Source: Deltaproteobacteria bacterium (GTDB taxonomy: Bacteria > Myxococcota_A > Polyangia > Polyangiales > JAFGIB01). Taken from it: a DNA stretch of 52,710 bases. Below the pieces are notes generated by a model, which was given only the letters and a program-made list of their open reading frames with translations, made no database searches and was not told the DNA's origin. The position numbers and the translations under genes were made by a program. The stretch spans positions 1 through 52,710 of the forward strand of contig JAFGIB010000290.1 in NCBI GenBank assembly GCA_016929805.1. Direction: 5' to 3'. Below, piece by piece: positions 9,144 to 17,203 of the stretch. Position 1 is the first letter of the stretch, and every line of letters starts with the position of its first letter.

Positions 9144-10382
9144 TTACGGAAGCGAAAAGCGTTGAAAAAACGGCCATATAAGGTCGGCGTTTCCCGGATT
9201 GTGACCGAAGAACTGGCCCGCTCCTACGTTAGTGCATAAGACGACTTCGACCCCGTCTCTACAATTGGTATACGTCTCGCAATTGTTACTATCCGCGGCG
9301 GACGGACCTTCCTGGCATCCATTGAAATCGGCCCACCATTTGGCGTGTTCTTTTGCTCCCATAAAAGTGACGATTACAGGCAGGCCGTTGGGTGGATTCG
9401 TGGGACCTCCGTTGTAGGGAACAATAACATCGGATAAGCCCCGGGTGGAAAATATGGGAATGGCGCGTGACGGAGTGCATGTCTGTTCGCTCGGTATCAT
9501 GAGGTCGAAAGCAGCGGGGGCTGCCGCGGCGATCAAGTCGGTCGCGTCACACGCGAGCTTAAGCGACATACCGCCACCCATTGACCAGCCGTTGGCATAG
9601 ACGCGTTTTTTGTCGATGCATAATTGCGTACTGAGCTTGGCGACTAATCCCCTGGCAAAACCCACGTCGTCCACGTCTCGCGACGTGGTGCAGCAACTGC
9701 CGACGTTCCACGCCCTATCTATTCCGTTCGGCCATACCACGATAAAGCCTTCCTGTTCCGATTTGGCTAAGAAACCCGAATTTCTCTGCTGAGTCGCATT
9801 ATCAAACAAAATAGGATGCCAATCGGTGACCAGCGGAACCGGCGTGTCCCCCGTATAACTTGCCGGTACGTGCACGACGTAATTACGGGTTACGCCGTTT
9901 ATTAGAATCGTATCGTTGTTATCGCCGACCCTTAGCGCGCCCGGCGGCGGGCACGTGATAACCTCCTCCTCCTCGGCCGGCGTTCCCCCCGTGCCCTCCG
10001 GTTGACCTCCGGCTCCTCCCGTGGGCTCGACGACCGCTCCGCCGGCGCCTCCTGTGGAAGGTCCAACCGTTCCACCGGCGCCCCCTGTGGAAGGTCCAAC
10101 GCTACCGCCGGCGCCTCCCGTAGAAGGGTTGACGACGGTGCCTCCGCCGCCGCCCGTGTTCGCGGGAACGCTACCTCCGGTTCCGCTGATCGGTGCGACG
10201 TTCCCGCCGCCCGACCCGCTGCTTGCGACCTTTCCCCAATCGATTTCTTCTCCTCCCGCCGCACCCGCGGCGTCGGCTGTTCCGCCGGTGGGCGACTGTT
10301 CGGTAAACTGCGTCTCGCACGCCGCGGCGCAGCATAGGCCAATCACGCAAAGCATTCTTGTAACGAATGTGGTTATAGACAT
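9144..10382 (-). CDS. Lipoprotein esterase, PHB depolymerase/LpqC/feruloyl-esterase-like
   Basis: Lipobox AAAC; repeated GPSTGGAGG tether; RNYVVHVP, WNVGSCC, DDVGF, GWSMGG nucleophile, C-terminal GH..WPFF. Confidence 0.85.
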   Translation of the reverse strand: MSITTFVTRMLCVIGLCCAAACETQFTEQSPTGGTADAAGAAGGEEIDWGKVASSGSGGGNVAPISGTGGSVPANTGGGGGTVVNPSTGGAGGSVGPSTGGAGGTVGPSTGGAGGAVVEPTGGAGGQPEGTGGTPAEEEEVITCPPPGALRVGDNNDTILINGVTRNYVVHVPASYTGDTPVPLVTDWHPILFDNATQQRNSGFLAKSEQEGFIVVWPNGIDRAWNVGSCCTTSRDVDDVGFARGLVAKLSTQLCIDKKRVYANGWSMGGGMSLKLACDATDLIAAAAPAAFDLMIPSEQTCTPSRAIPIFSTRGLSDVIVPYNGGPTNPPNGLPVIVTFMGAKEHAKWWADFNGCQEGPSAADSNNCETYTNCRDGVEVVLCTNVGAGQFFGHNPGNADLIWPFFQRFSLP

Positions 10383-10914
10383 CTTATAAATGACCTCCGT
10401 CTAAACCTCCCGATAAACGGAAGGCAGTATATGGGCGCGGGTTCCTATTGTCAGCGCCTTTGGCCAGTGCGCGAAGCGCGTATATTACCGCAAGATTGAA
10501 TTTTTTTACGCGCATATACTCTGCCGCCGACCTTTTTTATTCGCGAATTATCAAAATCGCGCATCGTGTCTCTTACCCGCAACGGACGCGCTCGAACAAA
10601 CACCCATTTTTTAGGACTTTTTCGGGCTGCGGTCTTTCAAAATAGAGCCGATGATTATCAAAAAGACGCTTAAGGATTTCTAGCGAGTATAGACTTCGTA
10701 AAACACTTCGGAACGATAGATTTTTGGTGTAAAAATGTAAAAAAGGCAGGGGGAAGGACGCCAACCATGCCTTATGGAACATCCGAGATCGGACACTTCG
10801 TATTATCATTCGAGGCCGTCGACACTATCGTCGATATCAACGACCCCGGTAAAATCGTCTCCCGATTCCGGCGCAGAAACCGAAATAAAGAAAGCTCCGC
10901 TCGAGTATTGCTAA

Positions 10915-11091
10915 GGGCTCACGCAAAAATAACTTCACTTTTAGCGTCCCATCTCGGGGCCAACTCTCTCATCTCCTCAATCGCGGAATCCTCGAAATAG
11001 CGCTGCCATTCCTTCGGTTCCGCTCAGTCGTCGATGAAACATTTGACTCCGAGCTGGGCGCTAAAATGTGAAATTATTTTTGCGCGAGCCC
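10915..11091. mobile_element. Family E MITE (177 bp)
   Basis: About 49-bp imperfect inverted arms starting GGGCTC(A/G)CGCAAAAATAA(C/T)TTCAC (22/24); flanked by TAA and TGA. Confidence 0.88.
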
Positions 11092-11097
11092 TGAGGT

Positions 11098-13017
11098 CTA
11101 AAACTTGCAGGTCAAGCTCATATTGACCTCATCGCGGTCTCGGAAAAGCCCCAGGCGCTCGTAGGGGTTTTCACCGAAGAAATCGGTAGCGGTCAGGTGA
11201 ATGCCCAGGTTCGCGCTGAAATTAACGCCCAAATCCAAGCTGTAGAAAGCGCTGTCCGGAAGCACTATTCCGCCGATTATCTTGGGGACTAGAAAGCCCT
11301 TAAGGGTAATAGCCGCGGCGGCGAAACCGATCTGCATCAGGCTTGTCTCGACCTTGTAGTAATTATAACCCGGTATTTCCACCAGCATCGCGTCCTCGAC
11401 ATCGTCATAGGTGGGCACCAGAGTGTGCTTGAACTGGGCCACCAACAGAAAGGGCACGTCCGGATTGAGAAAGGGACGAGTCAAAGATACCCCGTAGGTC
11501 ACCGCGATTAGCTCCTCGGGCTCGAAGTAGTACCTGAAAAAACGGTCTGGATTCGGGTCTTGGTAGCGCCCGCCGGTGGCGGAGTTGGCGTCGGTCCGTA
11601 CGGCATAAGTCCTGTCCGGCTCCACGGTCGCCTCTAGCTTGGCCACCAGGCCGGCCGGGGTTCCGAACGGAGGAGTTATCGGTTCGATTGGATTCTCAAA
11701 GGCGAATTCGAAACTCAACCCCGCGATATGCTGTCTGGGAAATCGCAGGATCAAAAAGTCGAGGTATTGGCTGTCGCCGGCCCTCGCGTTGAAGTCCAAA
11801 ATCCTTTGATCGAAGTATATGGGAATGGGCGGTGATAACTGATGGGTGAAATAATACAGCAAAGAATATCTCATCTGGCTGCCGAGATACCCCTTCCAAT
11901 GCAGGCCCGCGCGCATATCCTCGAAGTCGTTTCCAGGATACTCAAAGACCTTTTCCGCGACGACAAAGGGCGAGGGCGAGTTCGAGTAGGGAATACCCCA
12001 GGCGCCGACCAGGCTGAGCGGCGCCGTGACCGTGTCGTGCGAATCATCGACCAGTGGAACCACGAGCAGCGGAACCCAGAAAAGCTCCACGCTATGATCG
12101 ATGGCACGGATATCGATCTGGCTCGTCACCATCCAAAGCGGCGTCCGGGTTTCCTCGTAGGACTCGAGCGGGCCGAAATGCCAAGTCTCATCTTTTGGGT
12201 TGACCACGTCCAGCAACTGGTACTTACCCGTCCCGCTCCAGAGCTGCCTGCCGATGCGGAAGGAAAGCCACTCGGCGGCACGAGCATCGATGTATAGCGT
12301 TCGGAAAACCTCGAACTCGTTGTAGTAATTATCCAAAACCCAATTCTGAGCGAGCTCGCGGCGCTCGGCCGCATTCTCGGAAAGCTCCGGGATCTGCGCC
12401 CACTCGTCGGCCGGAAGCTCAACGGCTCGTACCCCTCGAGCGGTCGCGTGAATTTTCACTTCCTTAGCCGGCATCCAATCCAAATCGAACTGGAAGGTAC
12501 CGCGACCCATGGAGAGGCTGCCCGACTCCTGTCCGTGGTCGAGGGGATAGCAGGGAATGTTCGGAGTTTCGACGGGATCGCAGATCTGTCCTGTATCGGT
12601 CAGGCTTCTGCCCGAACCCCTGAAGATAGAAGCCAGGTTTTTGCGCGCCTTAAACCCGTCCGATATCAGCGGAAGGAACAGGCCGCTCTGTAGCTTGAAA
12701 TACCCCTTCATCGTAACCGACGGTGGCTCTTCGGCCGCTTGCGGCGCTTCGTCGACTTGTGGCGGAGCCTTAGCCTGCGGTTGCGCGAGCTCGCCCTTCG
12801 GTGGCAGAGGTCTCTCGGCCGGTTGCGCGGCTTCGCCGTTCGGCGCGGGAGCCTCGTCGACCGGTTGTGTCACCTCTTCGTTCGGTTGTAAAAACTGATC
12901 ATCCGGCTGCAGCGTTTCGTCGTCCGGTTGAAAAACATCGTCGGGCTCTTGAGCCGCGGCGGGCTGAATTAAGATCGGTATAATAATCAGCGCCACAAGC
13001 GCGATACGTGTCTTCAC
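11098..13017 (-). CDS. Outer-membrane beta-barrel, DUF1302-like
   Basis: Signal peptide; LYIDA..SFRIGRQ..LLDVVNPKD; alternating beta pattern; ends LTCKF. Confidence 0.65.
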   Translation of the reverse strand: MKTRIALVALIIIPILIQPAAAQEPDDVFQPDDETLQPDDQFLQPNEEVTQPVDEAPAPNGEAAQPAERPLPPKGELAQPQAKAPPQVDEAPQAAEEPPSVTMKGYFKLQSGLFLPLISDGFKARKNLASIFRGSGRSLTDTGQICDPVETPNIPCYPLDHGQESGSLSMGRGTFQFDLDWMPAKEVKIHATARGVRAVELPADEWAQIPELSENAAERRELAQNWVLDNYYNEFEVFRTLYIDARAAEWLSFRIGRQLWSGTGKYQLLDVVNPKDETWHFGPLESYEETRTPLWMVTSQIDIRAIDHSVELFWVPLLVVPLVDDSHDTVTAPLSLVGAWGIPYSNSPSPFVVAEKVFEYPGNDFEDMRAGLHWKGYLGSQMRYSLLYYFTHQLSPPIPIYFDQRILDFNARAGDSQYLDFLILRFPRQHIAGLSFEFAFENPIEPITPPFGTPAGLVAKLEATVEPDRTYAVRTDANSATGGRYQDPNPDRFFRYYFEPEELIAVTYGVSLTRPFLNPDVPFLLVAQFKHTLVPTYDDVEDAMLVEIPGYNYYKVETSLMQIGFAAAAITLKGFLVPKIIGGIVLPDSAFYSLDLGVNFSANLGIHLTATDFFGENPYERLGLFRDRDEVNMSLTCKF

Positions 13018-13035
13018 TTTTTTCTCCGGACCCGG

Positions 13036-13953
13036 TTACATGCATCCGGGCGGCGTGGGATTGGCGCTTTGGTTCTGAACGTAGATATTGCTGATCGAAA
13101 TCGAGTACTGGCCGTCGGTTGATTCTCTGCCGATGAACAACATCATCGTGGTGCTGCCCATGTCCTGTCCGTTTAACATCATGGTGACGGTATGCGAGCC
13201 GGGACTCGTATTAGCGATATAGTACTTGCCGTTTAACGGATTGGTGCTTGTCCTGACCTCCTGATTCTGAGCATCCGCTCTCGCGGTATCGGTGGTGGGC
13301 AGGTTGTTTGAACCGAAATAGCGAATCTCACCCTCCGTGGCATCGATGCGAACCGTTGCGCAACCGACCGGCTCCTCCTCTAAAGTAGCGGGATTGATCC
13401 AGTAAATCGCTCCGGCCGCGGTCGCCTTGTCCGGATTCAATATTACATTCGCCAGGGTTGGCGCCATCTGGACCGAGCTGGTCGCCACCACCCATAAGGT
13501 TTCGTTCTTCTCGTTCGAATCGATATTGAATTGATAGGTATCGATCGATTCATTCGGAATGCCTACGACTAGAAATCCAACCGGCCCCGGAGGTAAGTTC
13601 GAAAAGTACACCATGGAACTGGCATCGGACCTGGTCTCGAAGCCGGCCAAAGCCTGGCCGGTATTATTATCAAGCGCGCGCACTTGGAACTGCTGAGTCA
13701 TTATCGGGACCTCGTTCACGCTTTCCTGAAGCTCGGCGCTGAAGCTGGTTGGACCCTGAATCGCATCGGTGCCGGAAGCTCCACCGGCAACGGGCCCGAC
13801 ATTGCCAGCGCCGCCCCCGGGGGTACTGACGGTGTCGGACTTGCAGCCCGCGAAAAGCCCGCATAGGGCCATTAACACAACCAAACCAATAGTGGCGTGT
13901 TTCTTCTGGTTCTCAGAAAGTGGATTATGCATAATTTTAACGAAAATCGACAT
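13036..13953 (-). CDS. Hypothetical lipoprotein, beta-rich
   Basis: Lipobox FAGC; 18-nt gap to the downstream barrel gene; exact start uncertain. Confidence 0.7.
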   Translation of the reverse strand: MSIFVKIMHNPLSENQKKHATIGLVVLMALCGLFAGCKSDTVSTPGGGAGNVGPVAGGASGTDAIQGPTSFSAELQESVNEVPIMTQQFQVRALDNNTGQALAGFETRSDASSMVYFSNLPPGPVGFLVVGIPNESIDTYQFNIDSNEKNETLWVVATSSVQMAPTLANVILNPDKATAAGAIYWINPATLEEEPVGCATVRIDATEGEIRYFGSNNLPTTDTARADAQNQEVRTSTNPLNGKYYIANTSPGSHTVTMMLNGQDMGSTTMMLFIGRESTDGQYSISISNIYVQNQSANPTPPGCM

Positions 13954-14070
13954 TAGAGAAAATGCTCCTTATTATCTTATTTATTTAGGCCTCGGGCTGC
14001 TCACCGACTGATGGTGATCCATCCCATTACGGCGGTTTTCTTTCACATCAAGTAAACGCCAATAGTAGGC

Positions 14071-15315
14071 TCACTGAGCGATATCCAGCCCTAATTCGCA
14101 GTTTTCTTCCATGACGGCCCACATGAGCTGCGCGATGATTTCCGAGCCCCTGGTGGATGGATGAAACCCGTCCAAAGCAAAAAGAGATTCGCCCCTGGCC
14201 GCCGCCTCATCGAAAGCCGGTATGGTATCGATAAAGGTGCAGTCCGACCCTTTGAGGTTCTCGCAAAACGCCTTGACCTTGGGAATGGCGTAGTCATCTA
14301 TCGGGTTAGTGAGCCCCATAAAGCCCGGAACGTGGGGGTAGTAAAAGAAGACGATTTCCATTACGCCGTTTTCCGCCGCCTCCGCGAGCATCTCACCGGC
14401 CACGTCGATCGCGTGGTCTACATCCCTCATACAGGTCGGGCTCGTAATCCCGACGGTAATGCAACTCGTATTCAATATACAGTCGTTGCCGCCGCCGTCC
14501 ATGAGAAGGGTCTTCACCGGCCCTTCTCGATAGGCTCTACGCGCCTGGTCCGGAATGCTCGGAAGCAACGCGGATCCGCTCGCCATCATGGTCGCGCTGA
14601 CGTAATAGGGCCGATAAGTCTGACCGGAGTACCGTCGCAAGAAATTGTAGATCTGACCGGAAAGCGCCCAGTAGGAATCGCCGACCATGGCGACCGTGCT
14701 GCCGTCTCCCGTACATCGGGGAGGAATGATCTTCTCCGGCGTTACGTCCGTACCACCCGTTCCGCTGACCGGTTCCGTGCCGCCGGCGCCACTTATCCCG
14801 CCTACACCGCCGGTACCGCCTACACCGCCGGTACCGCCTACTGCGCCTGTGCCACCGGTGACAACCGTATCTTGACACAAGCTCGTATCATAAATACATC
14901 TTTCGCTGCACTTCAGCGTACCGCCCGTTTTCCCCGTCAAGCTCTGGCAGGTCGCGTTATTCAGATTCGTACGGTCGCATTGCTCGGTACCTTCTACTAT
15001 CGCGTTGCCACAAATCTGACCGCCGCCGGTGTCCGGAACACCCCCGGAGGCTTCAACCGGTATCGTGCCGCCCTGACCGGAGGCGCCCTGAGCCGCCGCG
15101 CCGCTCTGTCCCGGATCCACGTATCCGCTTTGCCCGGCTTGCGGCAGTTGATCTTGCTGATATCCGCTTCCCGCCATAGTTTGACTGTTCGCATCAAACG
15201 TGGGTTCTGACTCGGAAGAACAAGACCAGGATAACAGCCAGACGGCGCTAAAAATAACCAATACGGCAGTACGTCGAGCGCCTATAGAATTGATAAGACT
15301 TCGTCGGGTCATCAC
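14071..15315 (-). CDS. SGNH/GDSL esterase lipoprotein with a myxobacterial Cys-rich repeat
   Basis: VGDSY, DGGGND, DGFHP blocks; CGNAIVEGTEQCD; GGTGGV tether. Confidence 0.85.
   Translation of the reverse strand: MMTRRSLINSIGARRTAVLVIFSAVWLLSWSCSSESEPTFDANSQTMAGSGYQQDQLPQAGQSGYVDPGQSGAAAQGASGQGGTIPVEASGGVPDTGGGQICGNAIVEGTEQCDRTNLNNATCQSLTGKTGGTLKCSERCIYDTSLCQDTVVTGGTGAVGGTGGVGGTGGVGGISGAGGTEPVSGTGGTDVTPEKIIPPRCTGDGSTVAMVGDSYWALSGQIYNFLRRYSGQTYRPYYVSATMMASGSALLPSIPDQARRAYREGPVKTLLMDGGGNDCILNTSCITVGITSPTCMRDVDHAIDVAGEMLAEAAENGVMEIVFFYYPHVPGFMGLTNPIDDYAIPKVKAFCENLKGSDCTFIDTIPAFDEAAARGESLFALDGFHPSTRGSEIIAQLMWAVMEENCELGLDIAQ
14798..14841. repeat. 18-bp coding tandem repeat (GGTGGV)
   Basis: CCGCCTACACCGCCGGTA x about 2.4. 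Confidence 0.8.
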
Positions 15316-15724
15316 TTCTAACCTCCAAAAAAAAGCGATTCTGTTTCAGTAACCGGGTAAACCCTTGTAGTGCCCTAGTAAAACCCTTCTTCCCGAAACT
15401 CTCGCGATAAAAATACCCAATATTGAGACACTAGAATTAGTAATACCTATATAAGCTTTGTTAAAAACGCAGTCAACTCCTCTGATCTACTTACATAAAC
15501 ATACTACTCATCTAAACCCCTAACAAGCAATACGATTTCCGCGTTTTTTGCTCAGTGGAATTTATCGAGGAAAGTTAGCGAGAAAAAAATTACTGTCCCT
15601 TTTTTGCGCTATTTTAGCGTCAAGATATCGACGAGAACTCACTTGTTGGAGCACGGAAACATACTACAGAAACAGAAGGAGAATCGCGCAACGAACGGAT
15701 GCAACGATATGTTAGTCAGCTTCG

Positions 15725-16864
15725 TTATGGCTGGAGCGCGAAACAGTAAATGCCGCCGTAGCCGCCGGAACAGCCGACGCAGGCACCCCCGCCACCGCCG
15801 CCGCGATTTGAAATGTTCACGCCGGGCGCGCAACCTGGCGCGGTATGAGCGGCTATCCAATGCTCGGAGGGACCTCCCGGCCACGAGTGACCGATCTGCG
15901 GTTTGCCCGATGACTCGCTGCTTGTCCAGTCGTTGCAGGTTCCGCTCGCGCTTCCGATATTTCGTCCCTGCGCGTTTGAGCCCGTGAGCGTATCGTGGTT
16001 GTCGACCTGCGTACCGTCCGGCGCGTGGTTCGGAATGCCGTATTCGTTGGGTAAATCTCGGGCGATTAGGCGATCTGCATTTGCAGGACGCGTATTTGCC
16101 AAATCCGAGACCGTGAGCGCAACGGTTCTACCCGCGAAGTCATACCACGGCCCCGTCCCAACCCTATCGATAGCGTCCTCTGTTGAAGTGCTCAGAAATG
16201 CCCTCCACTCTTTGTTTCCCGCGCACTCGAGCACGTATTGAGCGATACGTCGGCATAAATCGTCCGCCCCTGCCAGCCCGCCGAGGTCACCACCGAATCC
16301 ATCCTGGCTACCTGATTCGCGCTGCATCGCTTCAAGGCTTGTTACGAAAAAACTAAAATGTGGACAATCGGTCGACGTCGTTCCTCCCGTTCCGGAAGTA
16401 CCCGTGTCGCTGCCGCCTGTTCCTGAAGTACCGCTGCCGGCACTCCCACCCGAGCCTCCGACGACAACACCGCCGTCATCTCTACCGCCTACACCGGAAT
16501 CCATAATCCCCGCGGTTCCTCCAGAGCCCGAAACAGCGACGCTTCCTCCAATCGCTCCAGAGCCCGAAACAGCGACGCTTCCTCCAATTCCTCCAGAGCC
16601 CGAAACAGCGACGCTTCCTCCAATTCCTCCAGAGCCCGAAACAGCGTTGCTCCCTCCGGTCACCGCGCCTATTGCGCCGACACCCGCGCCGCTGCCCGTG
16701 CCCGCGCTCGCAAAATAAGTACCGCTGTAACCACCCTCGATTGTCGGGCTTTTACTGGAATCGCATCCGACTCCATAAAGAAGAACGATGGGCAACAGAA
16801 CCTTCGATAACGAAAAGACGTGGCGACTAATTGGGTATTGAAGGAAATATCGAAAAATTCTCAT
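15725..16864 (-). CDS. Lipoprotein with endostatin/DUF1554-like domain
   Basis: Lipobox GVGC; FFVTS..GGDLGGLAGADDLC, WRAFLST, DRVGTGPWY, YCFA. Confidence 0.7.
   Translation of the reverse strand: MRIFRYFLQYPISRHVFSLSKVLLPIVLLYGVGCDSSKSPTIEGGYSGTYFASAGTGSGAGVGAIGAVTGGSNAVSGSGGIGGSVAVSGSGGIGGSVAVSGSGAIGGSVAVSGSGGTAGIMDSGVGGRDDGGVVVGGSGGSAGSGTSGTGGSDTGTSGTGGTTSTDCPHFSFFVTSLEAMQRESGSQDGFGGDLGGLAGADDLCRRIAQYVLECAGNKEWRAFLSTSTEDAIDRVGTGPWYDFAGRTVALTVSDLANTRPANADRLIARDLPNEYGIPNHAPDGTQVDNHDTLTGSNAQGRNIGSASGTCNDWTSSESSGKPQIGHSWPGGPSEHWIAAHTAPGCAPGVNISNRGGGGGGACVGCSGGYGGIYCFALQP
16516..16646. repeat. 36-bp coding tandem repeat, about 3.6 near-identical copies
   Basis: Unit CTCCAGAGCCCGAAACAGCGACGCTTCCTCCAAT(CG/TC) encodes GGSVAVSGSG(G/A)I. 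Confidence 0.92.
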
Positions 16865-16990
16865 ACCTTATCTCCGCAACACGGTTATTGCATATATCGT
16901 TCCAATCGACTTTCGCTACGCGAACGATCTATCGGACCGCCTTTTTCCACTCGGTGAAGCCGGTGGATTAACGAACGCGTTCATTTCAGG

Positions 16991-17019
16991 TTGAGATAGG
17001 GGATCTATCTCAATTTTTT
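16991..17019. promoter_or_regulatory. Perfect 9-bp inverted repeat followed by T6 (operator or + strand terminator)
   Basis: TTGAGATAG-GGGAT-CTATCTCAA-TTTTTT. Confidence 0.4.
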
Positions 17020-17203
17020 AAGTGTCCGTTAAACGGAAAATCAGCGATTAAAAGGCAATACGAGATAAGCCGCCGCGCGCTCCGTCTAAGATTTCGAATC
17101 CGCCCGGCCTACGACCGTGCCAATCCCGCGATAGGTAGCCGGAGATTCACCTCGAGGTTTGAAGCAGTACCGGACGGTTTCACGATGAGAGGTCCGATAT
17201 GAG

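Noticed and set aside
14161-15210. 349-aa + strand ORF and similar long antisense ORFs (2312, 17822, 29794, 32513)
   Set aside because: Shadows of well-supported opposite-strand genes, with no recognisable motifs
16516-16646. 36-bp repeats as a CRISPR array
   Set aside because: No spacers; in-frame coding repeat
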